IMG/VR virus record: IMGVR_UViG_3300020477_000064
Location: 1-39,006 of that record
Length of the DNA: 39,006 nucleotides
Strand: one strand, 5' to 3'
From: a virus
Lineage: Duplodnaviria; Caudoviricetes
The first letter of the stretch is position 1. Each line of letters starts with the position of its first letter. The notes under the pieces are model-generated. The model was not told where the DNA came from, did no database searches, and saw only the letters and a program-made list of their open reading frames with translations. Shown in pieces: positions 10,332 to 20,724 of the stretch. A program made the position numbers and the translations under genes.

Positions 10332-11104
10332 CCTTTAATTAACTCTCCCCATAAAGATGTTTTTCCATCTATTATTTGTATAACATGCACAGTAAAACGT
10401 CCCCTTTCAAAAAAGTCAACAATTGCAAATGCATGTGACCAATTTATATTTCTATGCTCTAACCAATCGTTAGCACTAGGACTCATGTCCTTTAAACATC
10501 CAATACTCCAGGCAGACTTTGGTCCGTCCATATGAGTCATCGAATGCTGTTGTAAATCATGCCAATGCCCATACATTACATTGCAACCCATCTTCCTAAG
10601 ATGATTAGCTGCATGATATTGGCCACCAAACTGATGTCCATGGTAGAAATAAAGCTTCCCTATTTTGAGATGCTTTCCAAATGGGTAATATATATACCCC
10701 CTACCTTTTAGATCTACTGCATTGGCAAATTTATATTGAGGAATATATGGATACTTTTCAACAGCAAGGTTAAGCCAATTATCATGATTCCCTTCTGTGA
10801 TGTATCTCTTTTTGCAATTTGCTTTATCAAGAGATTCATCTATCCAATCCATCCCTGCATTTACCTCTTTTACATCTTCGTCAAAACTTTCTATAAGATA
10901 TTCAAGTGGTGGTGCTTTTTTTCGTTTAAATTTCCAAGCGCTAAAGGCGCTCCACTCTCCCACATCACCTAAATCTATATAGATATCAGGTTTTACTATT
11001 TCAATTGTCTGCTTTAAACAACTTATTGCCTCTGGATCATGCAAAGGAAAGTGTTTGTCAGGAGTTACAACGGCTCTTTTTACAACTCCTTTATCAGACT
11101 TCAA
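10328..11104 (-). CDS. calcineurin-like metallophosphoesterase
   Basis: Motifs DKH, LGD, GNHD, HGH and GHWH in canonical order. Confidence 0.9.
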   Translation of the reverse strand: MKSDKGVVKRAVVTPDKHFPLHDPEAISCLKQTIEIVKPDIYIDLGDVGEWSAFSAWKFKRKKAPPLEYLIESFDEDVKEVNAGMDWIDESLDKANCKKRYITEGNHDNWLNLAVEKYPYIPQYKFANAVDLKGRGYIYYPFGKHLKIGKLYFYHGHQFGGQYHAANHLRKMGCNVMYGHWHDLQQHSMTHMDGPKSAWSIGCLKDMSPSANDWLEHRNINWSHAFAIVDFFERGRFTVHVIQIIDGKTSLWGELIKG

Positions 11105-11107
11105 ATT

Positions 11108-11257
11108 TTACCAACCCATTTCTTTTTTAATCTTAACAGCCAAATAAACAACTGTCGCAATTCCAACTGCAACCTTAACCATTTCAGGCAGCATGGACAT
11201 AAATTGAACTCCAAATCCACCTGCTCCTACACTCGCTGTTTTTAATGTGTCTAGCAT
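11108..11257 (-). CDS. small holin-like membrane protein (49 aa)
   Basis: MLDTLKTASVGAGGFGVQFMSMLPEMVKVAVGIATVVYLAVKIKKEMGW; strong AAGGAG RBS; hydrophobic with basic C-terminus. Confidence 0.6.
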   Translation of the reverse strand: MLDTLKTASVGAGGFGVQFMSMLPEMVKVAVGIATVVYLAVKIKKEMGW

Positions 11258-11266
11258 TATTTCTCC

Positions 11267-12304
11267 TTATTTTACAGATATACGAGGGGACACAACTCTC
11301 CTAATCCCATGCACTCTGCTATTATTACTTTTATTTAGTTGCTCATTAAATTCTTTTATAAAATATTCTCTTAACTTCATATCTCCAGTATCCTCAGCAA
11401 TTCTAGCTTTTAAATAATAAACTAAAGCTTTTGCTTGATATGGAGTAATATCTAATACATCGTCCTCATCATTCAAGACATTAACTCCTGAACGCATAAG
11501 ACAAAAATCTCTATATGCCCTATAAATAATTAGAGTCTCATTATCACTGGCAGTAGTATCAGGTGTACTATCTATTCCTTCAGTAGTAAGAGTATTTTCA
11601 CCTTTATAACAATAATATAAATTTGTCATAAAAATACCTGATGTTGATTCAATTGAAGAATCAGCTTGGACTGCATCTACTTCCCAAAATCCATTATTCT
11701 TTGCAGTCGTTGATTCTATTATAAAAATATAATCTCCAGGACTAAATAAAGAATTTAACCAAATATTACTATTATCATTAGCTACTATTAAAAATTGATT
11801 AGCAGAAGCTCCACCAGTTCCTTCTCCTTTAATATCAAATGCGCTTGTTCCTACAACTTGTTGAACAGCATTTTTAACCTTTGTATAGGTCTTAAGCAAT
11901 CCATTGTTGTATCTTGTTTGTATTTGATGAATACCATTCCATCTATTACTGCCTGAGATATGAACATACTCATCATTAGCTACATTACTATAAGGGGAGG
12001 AAGTCCAATCAGTCGCTCCATCTATATGGCCTCTACAGAAAGTTAAATAACCATCTACTACTGTCCATCCGTTAATATAAAAAGATGTATCTTGTAATTG
12101 CTCAGGAGCGCCCAATTCATATGTTGGTGCATAAGTATATTGTAGCTCTAATCCTTCTGTTGCAGAAACAGTTGGACTTTTAAACTTACCATAATCATCA
12201 GAAGTATTATCAATATCGTCTACCTGCACAAGTGCAAGCTTATTCCCTCTCATATAATATGCATACTGCTTACTCGCCATCAGTATCCACCACCACTGGT
12301 TCAT
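11267..12304 (-). CDS. putative head-tail adaptor/ring protein with inserted beta domain
   Basis: C-terminal helical segment (ALVYYLKARIAE..GD...REYF.KEF) resembling adaptor/connector proteins; true start probably at MASKQY. Confidence 0.5.
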   Translation of the reverse strand: MNQWWWILMASKQYAYYMRGNKLALVQVDDIDNTSDDYGKFKSPTVSATEGLELQYTYAPTYELGAPEQLQDTSFYINGWTVVDGYLTFCRGHIDGATDWTSSPYSNVANDEYVHISGSNRWNGIHQIQTRYNNGLLKTYTKVKNAVQQVVGTSAFDIKGEGTGGASANQFLIVANDNSNIWLNSLFSPGDYIFIIESTTAKNNGFWEVDAVQADSSIESTSGIFMTNLYYCYKGENTLTTEGIDSTPDTTASDNETLIIYRAYRDFCLMRSGVNVLNDEDDVLDITPYQAKALVYYLKARIAEDTGDMKLREYFIKEFNEQLNKSNNSRVHGIRRVVSPRISVK

Positions 12305-12554
12305 GAATCATTCTAGGAATACTTCTATAAGTACTATCTTCATTTTCATGATCTTTACATCTAACATCTAATATTCTAACTAAATCAAAAGGAAGGTCAT
12401 AAAATCTCTTATTTTTAACAATATCTATTTTCCCAGACTTTACATGAGTCTCGCCTATTAAATTCATTTCTTCCAATCCATCTTTAATATAAGCAATAGC
12501 TCGCCCTGTAGCCATTTTAGTACCAACTCTTTCTAATAACTGTTTAACCTTCAT
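12270..12554 (-). CDS. virion protein resembling the N-terminal half of an adaptor
   Basis: MKVKQLLERV...YIKDGLEE...RFYDLPFDLVRILDV pattern (helix pair plus Y.LP.D). Confidence 0.5.
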   Translation of the reverse strand: MKVKQLLERVGTKMATGRAIAYIKDGLEEMNLIGETHVKSGKIDIVKNKRFYDLPFDLVRILDVRCKDHENEDSTYRSIPRMIHEPVVVDTDGE

Positions 12555-14215
12555 CTCTTTCTCCTATCTGATTGTCCCTGTTGTTTAGGTATTCCATAAC
12601 CTACAGCCATTTTAGCAAATGATTCTGCATATTTTGCTTTTAATTCATTCATTCTTCCAAGTGTCCAAGTATACTTTTTCTCAGAAGTCGCAACATTTCC
12701 TTGAACTTCCTTTAAAGCAGCATCAAATGCTCCAATCCATTTTTGAACTTCTGTTTGATGAGCAGCTATTGCATTAGAATATTGCTTTACTATATTTCCT
12801 GCTGTAGCAGTAAGAGCCGACTGCTCTATATCACCCTTTTTAGTATAAATAGCTGTTTTAGAAGATAAGTCTTGTTGTAAATGTCGCAATACTCCCTGAT
12901 AAGCATCATTGTCTACATTCCATCTAGCAATTTGCTTTTTCAATCCTTCACTATAGCCCATAAATGCTGTTTGGACTTTTTTAAGAGCAGGATCAGCCAT
13001 CTCCTCATCATCATCTTCAATAAAATCTTGAATATTCTGCCACGCTTCCGTCATACCTGGGACAGTAAGCCCCCCAAGAAGCCATTCGTCCCCTGCATCT
13101 CCAATAGTACCAGGATCAAAATAATCTGCCACTTTAGGAGCTTTTTTCCAGTCATCCGCAGTATCTGGATTTATAACATCTATCACATCAATAATACTCT
13201 CTGCAGAATCGGTGACACCAGCATCTAAATTAAATTCAGATATAAAATCCGTAATCTCTGGTATAGTGCTAATTTGAGTAGCAATAAGTCCCACCCCTGT
13301 AGCAACACCCTCAAACATTTCAGGTAATTCCGTAGTTATCTGTGCCATTCGCCCTCGTAAGGCTTGTATAGCAGCATACATAACAACCAAATATTCATAT
13401 TTAGATGGAAACTGAGATTTTGCTCCTTCAACTGTTCCTGATTGATGATCAACTTCATCGTAGAAATTATCCAGTTTAAAAACACCTGTACCCTGAGTTG
13501 CTGTAGAGCCTTGCTGTATAGTATGGACCGTATTATTAAAAGAACTCCACCCAGTTGTTTCGTCAGAATAACTACTATCACCATCAACATCTTCTGTAAA
13601 TCCAAACAATCTAACCTTATCACCATCTTCAAATGAATGAGGCGTAGCCACATCACTACTATCTAAACAACGAAAAGTATTATCAGATTGTTGATATTTA
13701 ACATTAGTTTGCGACCTAAATTCCCCAACTCCAATAGTGTGATCTGTACTATTAATATTATAATTAACCATATCAATAAAATAAATCTCTGCTCTATCAT
13801 TATATCCTGTAGGAGCAGGAACTACTTTTACATGCATCCCTTCCCAATACCATCCAGCATTCTTTTTTGAGCGATATTTCAAACTATCTGTAAGCGTAGA
13901 TTCGTACTTGTCCGTCTGAGGAATTCTAACAGCAGGATATAAATTAGTGCTACTAACTCCATCTGATCTAAGTACGGTCACAACTTCTGCACTCTGCATA
14001 CTAATAGTTTGATAATCACTATCTCCTTGCATCACAGTTTTCCCACAGAAAAGCTCTTTTTTAGAAGGATCTAGTTTAATAATAGTAGAAATAACATCTA
14101 TAACTCCATCTGATAAATACTGGTTTAGAATAGGGTCTCCAGCAGGAGCAAAGGGATCAAGAGCTAATTCTAAATGGGCCATTACTTCTATTTGTTCTTG
14201 TAAATTTAAACTCAT
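12551..14215 (-). CDS. virion structural protein (adaptor-like N-terminus, long coiled coil)
   Basis: 554 aa; FP..YEYLVVMYAA motif followed by a helical/coiled-coil C-terminal half. Confidence 0.55.
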   Translation of the reverse strand: MSLNLQEQIEVMAHLELALDPFAPAGDPILNQYLSDGVIDVISTIIKLDPSKKELFCGKTVMQGDSDYQTISMQSAEVVTVLRSDGVSSTNLYPAVRIPQTDKYESTLTDSLKYRSKKNAGWYWEGMHVKVVPAPTGYNDRAEIYFIDMVNYNINSTDHTIGVGEFRSQTNVKYQQSDNTFRCLDSSDVATPHSFEDGDKVRLFGFTEDVDGDSSYSDETTGWSSFNNTVHTIQQGSTATQGTGVFKLDNFYDEVDHQSGTVEGAKSQFPSKYEYLVVMYAAIQALRGRMAQITTELPEMFEGVATGVGLIATQISTIPEITDFISEFNLDAGVTDSAESIIDVIDVINPDTADDWKKAPKVADYFDPGTIGDAGDEWLLGGLTVPGMTEAWQNIQDFIEDDDEEMADPALKKVQTAFMGYSEGLKKQIARWNVDNDAYQGVLRHLQQDLSSKTAIYTKKGDIEQSALTATAGNIVKQYSNAIAAHQTEVQKWIGAFDAALKEVQGNVATSEKKYTWTLGRMNELKAKYAESFAKMAVGYGIPKQQGQSDRRKR

Positions 14216-14225
14216 CTATTCCTTT

Positions 14226-14271
14226 AAAAGCTGCCCACCCCCTAGAGAAGAAGTTCCATAGGGAGCAGGCA
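14226..14271 (-). terminator. intrinsic terminator/attenuator after the capsid gene block
   Basis: Minus strand UGCCUGCUCCCUA...UAGGGGGUGGGCA stem followed by GCUUUU; short U-tract suggests leakiness. Confidence 0.6.
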
Positions 14272-14286
14272 AACTTATTTATTTAA

Positions 14287-14727
14287 CTAGTTTTCAAACG
14301 TCAACTTAGCAGTTGTGTTTTCAGAACCAAAGCAGTACCAATTATCACCATCAGTAATAATTTCAATAAATTGCCCTGGAGCAGCAGTAGCGGCAAATTG
14401 GATTTTTGTATCCGCATTACCATCTCCTACATCTCCAAGACCATCTGCACTACCATCTCTTACATGACCATAGAACTCATCAGCAGCATTGCCTTGAGTT
14501 ATAGTATAAGTTTTGGTAGATGCGACAGTACCTTTGACAATAAATTTACAACCCCAACCAGCACTTAAATCGCTAATTGCTGGCAAGGTTACTGCTATGC
14601 TATTAGTAGTATCATTCAAGAAAAACACAGTACCACTATCACCTACTTTAACTGTATAATCATCTTGAATTTCATACGTTCTAGCATTCCCAAAAGAAGC
14701 TGACGATCCTAACCATTTATTCGCCAT
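14287..14727 (-). CDS. capsid decoration/auxiliary protein
   Basis: DSGTVFFL, TLPA...GW..KFI motifs; paralogous to the adjacent 164-aa ORF; downstream of MCP. Confidence 0.55.
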   Translation of the reverse strand: MANKWLGSSASFGNARTYEIQDDYTVKVGDSGTVFFLNDTTNSIAVTLPAISDLSAGWGCKFIVKGTVASTKTYTITQGNAADEFYGHVRDGSADGLGDVGDGNADTKIQFAATAAPGQFIEIITDGDNWYCFGSENTTAKLTFEN

Positions 14728-14738
14728 TATCTACCTCC

Positions 14739-15233
14739 TTATAGTTGTGCATCACCGAAACATGTAGCTGAAGTACCAGTAGATATTACAAGCCCATCAA
14801 CAGCCCAATTTTCACTATCGATAGCTACAACATGTATTCTAGTACCTGCTAAACCACCAGTAGTTGAACCATCTAGCGTGATATGATCATTAGAACCATC
14901 AGCATCAGCACTAAAAGCATCACCACCGCTTGCCATTGTAGTATTAGTCGAACCAACACCACCTAAAAAACCATCTGTATTAAGAGTATTGGTTGCAATA
15001 ACATGATCAGAGGTTGCAGTTACAGTAGTTATAAACGTAAACTCCAAACCTGCTGATGGTGCTGGTAAGTTAAATTGTGAAGCTCCTGCAGTATCAAATA
15101 GACATACTGCGCCAGAATCTTCAGCCTTTAAAGTATAAGTCACTCCACCATTTGGAATCACATTTACTTTCCCCATACCGAATACATTTATATCTGCATC
15201 GATTTTATTTGCTCCATATAAAGGATTAGCCAT
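14739..15233 (-). CDS. capsid decoration/auxiliary protein
   Basis: MANPLYG start, DSGAVCLF, LPA...GLEFTFI; immediately after MCP. Confidence 0.55.
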   Translation of the reverse strand: MANPLYGANKIDADINVFGMGKVNVIPNGGVTYTLKAEDSGAVCLFDTAGASQFNLPAPSAGLEFTFITTVTATSDHVIATNTLNTDGFLGGVGSTNTTMASGGDAFSADADGSNDHITLDGSTTGGLAGTRIHVVAIDSENWAVDGLVISTGTSATCFGDAQL

Positions 15234-15244
15234 AATTTAACCTC

Positions 15245-16822
15245 CTAGGATTTCCAGATAGCGTGGCATTCAGGCATTGACCATTCCATACCAGCTTCTG
15301 TTAAGATTTGATCTACTCTACGATCGACCCCAGAGTTCTCTAAAGTTTGAACTCCTACGTAGACTGAAGTGTCTCTATTAATACCATTACCGACCAATGG
15401 TCTGTATGCACAGTACTTCATATTAACACCAAGAATCTTAATGTTTGTACCATCTAAGTGAATATTTCTAACTACATTCATATCACCATATACTGTTGAG
15501 AATGTAGTAGAATCAAGACCTAGAACTTTCTTTTTGCCCATTTGAGCAAAATCAGCTCTAAAGTTTGAACCAACACTTAGATTATTATTAAAGTAACCAC
15601 TCAACTTGTGTAGCCAGTTATAAACTTCAGTAGAACAGAAAAAGACTGTTGCTTTACTGTTGTTATATCTAGGATCAAGTAATGCTGACATATCATCAAG
15701 AAAATCATCTTGAGTCTTTGTAGCAACATCTAAACTAAAGATATTACCATTACTTAGAATCCAATCTACAGCACCTTGAGTAGTTCTATAAGCATCACTT
15801 TGAGAACCAAACAATAAAGATTGCTCGATATCCCATTTATGCTCAATTAACTTTTCTTTCCAGATTCGTGCCCACTCATTTCCTTCATATCTTAGTACAG
15901 TAGCTCTGTCTGTATTATCCATAGCCATTGCAGTCTTCCAGATTTGAGTTTGCCCGTAACCTGTATGAAAAGGCTGATCTTTCCATGTTTCAGGATAACC
16001 AGTACCTTTATCAAAAGTTGAACCAACAACATATGCTTTCATGTCTTCTAACCCAGCTGTTGTACCAGAACCTGCTTGAGTAGTACTATAAGTACTATCT
16101 GCAGCAAGTGCAGCTGAAGAATGTCCAGCAAGGAAATTAGTATCAGTTCCACCTACTGAGGCAGCTTTAGCTTTAACTACAGTACACTTAAGCATCATTG
16201 CATCAGCAGCTGAATGAGAATCATAACTACCAGAACCTGTTTGTTCAGTTATAGAATCAATCTTAACAATAGCATAAGTATTAGCTCTACCACCAGCGGT
16301 AGTACTAAAGTTAATCTTAACTAACTGATCTTCCAGAAAAAATCCAGGTGTAGTGCCATTAGCACCGATTTTTATCTCATCTGTTGATTGTCCATATACG
16401 TTAGAAACATTACCAGCAGCAAGATAATCACATGCCATCTTCACATATACTGTATTTCCAGCTGTTTCATATGTATCTAGTTGAGTTGCTAAAGATGAAG
16501 AATTATCTTCAGCCCATGTAGCATTATCATTACTAACACCAATAGGATAAGCATACCTTTTATAGTAAGATTGTCTCCTTTCAGTGAACTTGAATTGTGG
16601 GTCATCCGTAGGTTTTTTTGAAACCATACTTACGAACCGAAAGAACGGATCTTGCGCTAACGCCAATTCAGATACTCTATCACCGAAATTAAACTTACGT
16701 CTAAGATCGCCTGTATCAAGCGTTGCTGAAGAACCATCTCGTCCTGTATCGCTAAACGATCCTATGTTACCATGAGAGGTATACGAGGATTGTCCGCCAT
16801 ATAATACGTCTTCTGCAGCCAT
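15245..16822 (-). CDS. major capsid protein
   Basis: 525 aa after portal and scaffold; HK97-type signatures (QTQIWKT, EHKWDIEQSLLFG, TVYGDMNVVR, D...TEAG); strong RBS. Confidence 0.85.
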   Translation of the reverse strand: MAAEDVLYGGQSSYTSHGNIGSFSDTGRDGSSATLDTGDLRRKFNFGDRVSELALAQDPFFRFVSMVSKKPTDDPQFKFTERRQSYYKRYAYPIGVSNDNATWAEDNSSSLATQLDTYETAGNTVYVKMACDYLAAGNVSNVYGQSTDEIKIGANGTTPGFFLEDQLVKINFSTTAGGRANTYAIVKIDSITEQTGSGSYDSHSAADAMMLKCTVVKAKAASVGGTDTNFLAGHSSAALAADSTYSTTQAGSGTTAGLEDMKAYVVGSTFDKGTGYPETWKDQPFHTGYGQTQIWKTAMAMDNTDRATVLRYEGNEWARIWKEKLIEHKWDIEQSLLFGSQSDAYRTTQGAVDWILSNGNIFSLDVATKTQDDFLDDMSALLDPRYNNSKATVFFCSTEVYNWLHKLSGYFNNNLSVGSNFRADFAQMGKKKVLGLDSTTFSTVYGDMNVVRNIHLDGTNIKILGVNMKYCAYRPLVGNGINRDTSVYVGVQTLENSGVDRRVDQILTEAGMEWSMPECHAIWKS

Positions 16823-16897
16823 ATTCGACTCCTTTTACTTTGCCCTCTTTTCAACTACGCATTATGCGCCTTCAGGTAGGGCGATTACATTCGAATA
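16822..16897 (-). promoter_or_regulatory. structured 5' leader of the major capsid gene
   Basis: UAUUCGA/UCGAAUA outer helix includes the A of the AUG; inner GCCCU/AGGGC and CGCA/UGCG helices; SD AAGGAG lies inside. Confidence 0.5.
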
Positions 16898-16912
16898 GAC
16901 TGTATTAAATTT

Positions 16913-17833
16913 CTATCCGAACAAGTTATCCACGTCATTATCCATTCCAACTAATCCATCAAATATATCATTATCTGGATTCGCTGGTAGACTTTGACTG
17001 TTAGCTCCGCTAGCGCTTGTAGGAATTGTTCGGACATTCTTCATCTGATTCAACATATCTTGTTTAGTAGCATTACGCGTATTTGCACTTGCCTGATCTC
17101 TATTTAAGATATAATTAATATCATCTAGAGTCATTACATGTTGTTGCGCTCTTTGCGTAAACTCCCTAAATTGTTCATCAGTTAAATTATGCTTTTTCTT
17201 AAATGCTTCTTCCTGTGCCCTCATACCTTGAGCCTGTCTAGCCTTTGCTGCAGCCACCTTTTCTCTTTGTAAGATGCCTGAAACTCGTTGACCAACAGCA
17301 CTGTCAATATGTGCTTGATAAAGCCTGCCACTGTCAGATTCAGGATTTTCCATAGCATCTTGAGGGTCGAAAACAAAATCATCATCTAGATTAAGTCTTT
17401 CCTTCAAGGTCTTACTAGGTTTTCCTCCTGATTGCAAATAATCTCGAACATGATCTACAAGACCACTATCTTTTTTCATAGCATCAAGAACAGGAACGAA
17501 TGGTTTTAATTGATTCATTTGCTCTCTCAGCCGAACGGCCTCTCTGCTACTATCTTTGTAGCGTTTTTCCCAATCAGTACCGTTATTTAATTGGGCCTCG
17601 TTGTTGGAGCCACTTCTAGATGTATATCGGGTTGCCTCAGGACTTGCCATATTGGGGCCGACATCTTGTGGGGTTACCTCACTCGGACTATCTTGGATGT
17701 TACCATTAACTTGGTTCTCTAATCCATTAAAGAATGAATTTACAGAGCCATTATCTACTGAAGGCTGCACAGCTTCTTCAATTGAATCGCCTTGCATTCC
17801 AATAGCTTCAGGGTTACTGTTCTTATCACTCAT
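16913..17833 (-). CDS. capsid scaffolding protein
   Basis: Between portal and MCP; disordered acidic N-terminus, WEKRYKDSSREA coiled coil. Confidence 0.75.
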   Translation of the reverse strand: MSDKNSNPEAIGMQGDSIEEAVQPSVDNGSVNSFFNGLENQVNGNIQDSPSEVTPQDVGPNMASPEATRYTSRSGSNNEAQLNNGTDWEKRYKDSSREAVRLREQMNQLKPFVPVLDAMKKDSGLVDHVRDYLQSGGKPSKTLKERLNLDDDFVFDPQDAMENPESDSGRLYQAHIDSAVGQRVSGILQREKVAAAKARQAQGMRAQEEAFKKKHNLTDEQFREFTQRAQQHVMTLDDINYILNRDQASANTRNATKQDMLNQMKNVRTIPTSASGANSQSLPANPDNDIFDGLVGMDNDVDNLFG

Positions 17834-17859
17834 GTCTTCTCCTTTATTTGTTAAGTAGT

Positions 17860-20235
17860 TTAATCATTACTTTTATTTCTTTCCAAATCTTTTTGATAAT
17901 TCTGTAAAGCGTAATCTGCTTGCTGTTGTCTAGTAGCCTCATCATTATCTGCTTGTTTCTGCCTAGTATCAGAGTTTTGAGCCTCCTGTTCATTTCTAGC
18001 ATCAGCTTTCAATTGCATTGTATTTCTTAAATGTTTTTGCTTTGCCTCTGTATCATCAAACTCTCTTTCTATAGAAGATTTAACTTCTTCCTTCTTTTTA
18101 TTAATCTCAACATCAGCTTGCATAATCTTGCCCTTAATACCTGCCTGAACTAATTGTCTTTGTAGAGTTTCTATTGTACCATCCTTGTCTTTCATGGCTT
18201 CTTCCATCTGACTTAATTGGCCTTGCAATTGAGAATATAAACTCTTTCTTTGAACAATATTTTCTTTATTCTTAATATCTGATTCTGCAAGAACAGCAAT
18301 ATCATCTATAACGCCAATCTTCATTAACTCTTTTAATTCTTCTAAATAAGCCCATCTATTAACAGGAAGAGTAGAGCCAGCAATAATCCTAACATCAAAT
18401 TTAGCCTGCGAGTAATCCATTGACTTCCCAATAGCTTCACCCATATCATTATAAATAGGAATATTTATCTCTTGATCCCTTTGCTCAGATATAGCTGAAG
18501 GCTGAATAATTCTAAATCTTTTATGAGCTGTATATATAGATTGAGATACTTGCATAACAACAGTTCCTAATTGTTTCAAAGCAGGTTCGATGGAAGATTT
18601 CATCCATTGCTTTATTCTTCTAGTACCATATTCATCAATAGCAAGCATTCCTCTGTAGGTTTCATGCTGCGCACCTGTATCTCCCTGCATAGCACTATAT
18701 ATTCCTGCTAAATATTCCATATCCTGCTTACCTTCTTGGACAATCTGAAAAAAAGCACTAGCTAATGGGGCAGGCATTACTGGAGTTGGTTTTTCTACTC
18801 CAGGTCTAATTGGAAGCAAAGCTCCTGGAGCTGAAGAATACTTCTCCCATTGCTCTGCATCAATTGATCCCTCTTCATACATCCATCTTAAAGAAGACCC
18901 CAATGAAGCATTATGAACCATTATCTGATGAGCTTTATTTATTTCCATTTGCTTTCCAACAAGTGGAGCTACAGCGCTAATAGGATAAGGAGTTCCAGTC
19001 CATTTAAAATGTAAAGGGACAATTGGATATTGGTCGACATTCATTGGCATTACATTATCAAACAATATCTTATCTCCTGCACAAGCAGTCTGCTTAATTC
19101 TCGTACCATGAAATCTAATAGCATCTACTACATTGCTAGCAAAACTTTCATCTTTCATCATAGTAGAAAACTCTTTTTCAGTAATAACAGTATTTTCTAT
19201 TTTTGAAGCTTGTGCTTGCAATTGACTCATAGCTTCTTTTTGAAATGCTTCCAATTCTGCTTCTACTTGCTTTATAGCTTTCTGCATTTCAAGTTCCATA
19301 CGCTCTGGCAACATCTCACCTTTAGCAACTTCCTGCTCTAATGATGCTTGTTTTTCCATCAACATTACTTGAAATTCTTGCTGTTTTTCTTTAAACATTA
19401 CATCAACTTGCTGTTGAATTTGAGCTAATTGCTCTTCATTAGGCATTAACCTATAAAATAAATTTATATATGGGATTTTTACTTTTTCATATAATTCAAA
19501 GAATTCTACTAATTCATCATCACTACCATCTGGATTATTGGGATTATTAGTTCCTTCTGTAGTATCATTGAATCCAAACAGCTTTTGATCTCTATCCCCT
19601 ACATTTCTAATACTCCAAGATCTTTGAGACTGCTCATCAGAAGACGCCATTTTAATTTTTCTTTTATGGTCAGGATATAATTTCATTAAATGATTTTTAG
19701 GAAGAACTTTGCGGATAAGAATATAAGCTGCATCTCTAAATAACATATCTCTTGATTTTGGATCTACATACAAATCAAATGGCTCAGGTTGCTGTAATAT
19801 AACTTCACCCATTCCATTATCTTTATCAGGATCAACTGTAACCATCATATATCCAACACCCTTTGTAATAGCGTCATTTATAGCATTAGCATATAATGTT
19901 CCACCATCAGAAAGATGCCATATATAATCTGATAAGTCTGAAAATATAGCAGCAACATCTATATCACTACCTTCTGCCCCCACTGCTTGCCATCTTGGAT
20001 TATTAGCAGTAGCATAATAATTTAACATCTCTGTCACAGGTAAAATTCTATTTATTGTAAAAGTAGGCATCCCTTGATCTTCTAATGCCTTCTTTTCGTT
20101 AGAACTTAATTGTTCGTCATGAGCAAACTCATAACCTTTTTGATTTACAAACTCCCATTGTTTTCTAGTCCAATTGTTAGAATTATTATATAATAACCTA
20201 ATCTCTTCAGCTTTCTTTTTTTGACTCTTAGCCAT
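17860..20235 (-). CDS. portal protein (P22-like)
   Basis: 791 aa; TINRI.P, D....G.GY, PFDLYVDP, YPIVP, L...Q.EINK motifs and long C-terminal coiled coil. Confidence 0.85.
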   Translation of the reverse strand: MAKSQKKKAEEIRLLYNNSNNWTRKQWEFVNQKGYEFAHDEQLSSNEKKALEDQGMPTFTINRILPVTEMLNYYATANNPRWQAVGAEGSDIDVAAIFSDLSDYIWHLSDGGTLYANAINDAITKGVGYMMVTVDPDKDNGMGEVILQQPEPFDLYVDPKSRDMLFRDAAYILIRKVLPKNHLMKLYPDHKRKIKMASSDEQSQRSWSIRNVGDRDQKLFGFNDTTEGTNNPNNPDGSDDELVEFFELYEKVKIPYINLFYRLMPNEEQLAQIQQQVDVMFKEKQQEFQVMLMEKQASLEQEVAKGEMLPERMELEMQKAIKQVEAELEAFQKEAMSQLQAQASKIENTVITEKEFSTMMKDESFASNVVDAIRFHGTRIKQTACAGDKILFDNVMPMNVDQYPIVPLHFKWTGTPYPISAVAPLVGKQMEINKAHQIMVHNASLGSSLRWMYEEGSIDAEQWEKYSSAPGALLPIRPGVEKPTPVMPAPLASAFFQIVQEGKQDMEYLAGIYSAMQGDTGAQHETYRGMLAIDEYGTRRIKQWMKSSIEPALKQLGTVVMQVSQSIYTAHKRFRIIQPSAISEQRDQEINIPIYNDMGEAIGKSMDYSQAKFDVRIIAGSTLPVNRWAYLEELKELMKIGVIDDIAVLAESDIKNKENIVQRKSLYSQLQGQLSQMEEAMKDKDGTIETLQRQLVQAGIKGKIMQADVEINKKKEEVKSSIEREFDDTEAKQKHLRNTMQLKADARNEQEAQNSDTRQKQADNDEATRQQQADYALQNYQKDLERNKSND

Positions 20236-20243
20236 TTCTTCTC

Positions 20244-20714
20244 CTATTTAGCCGCAACAAAAACTTCCAAATCTACTGCTGCAGTATCTGCTAAAGCTGT
20301 GATATTTACTAAATCACCTAAAGATAAACTTAATCCACTCCCATCAATAGCATCCATTGTATCTACAACACCTCCAGATAAATCCCCATTATAAATAAAA
20401 GTTTGACCTTTATCTAGCTTTAATGCAAACTCATCATCATTTTCATTTTTAAATGTTAATGTTACATGATTTGTATCATCAAGATTAGTTATACGGATAT
20501 ACAGGACATCACTTTCTATAAATGTGCCTGAAGCTACAGCTGTAGACATTGCAAGGATCTCAACTTCTGAAGCAGGAACATCTATAATTCTTTTTGAAAT
20601 TGTTGCAATATTAGGAATATTAATAATATTAATAGAACCCTGTTCCTTACCATTTAAATTGATAGTTTCCTGTATTTTAACTTTTAAAGTTGAAGCTGTT
20701 AATTTTGTTGCCAT
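20244..20714 (-). CDS. virion structural protein, paralog of 9379..9891
   Basis: Shared YIRITNLDDTN and LDKGQTFIYNG motifs. Confidence 0.65.
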   Translation of the reverse strand: MATKLTASTLKVKIQETINLNGKEQGSINIINIPNIATISKRIIDVPASEVEILAMSTAVASGTFIESDVLYIRITNLDDTNHVTLTFKNENDDEFALKLDKGQTFIYNGDLSGGVVDTMDAIDGSGLSLSLGDLVNITALADTAAVDLEVFVAAK

Positions 20715-20724
20715 ACTATTACCC

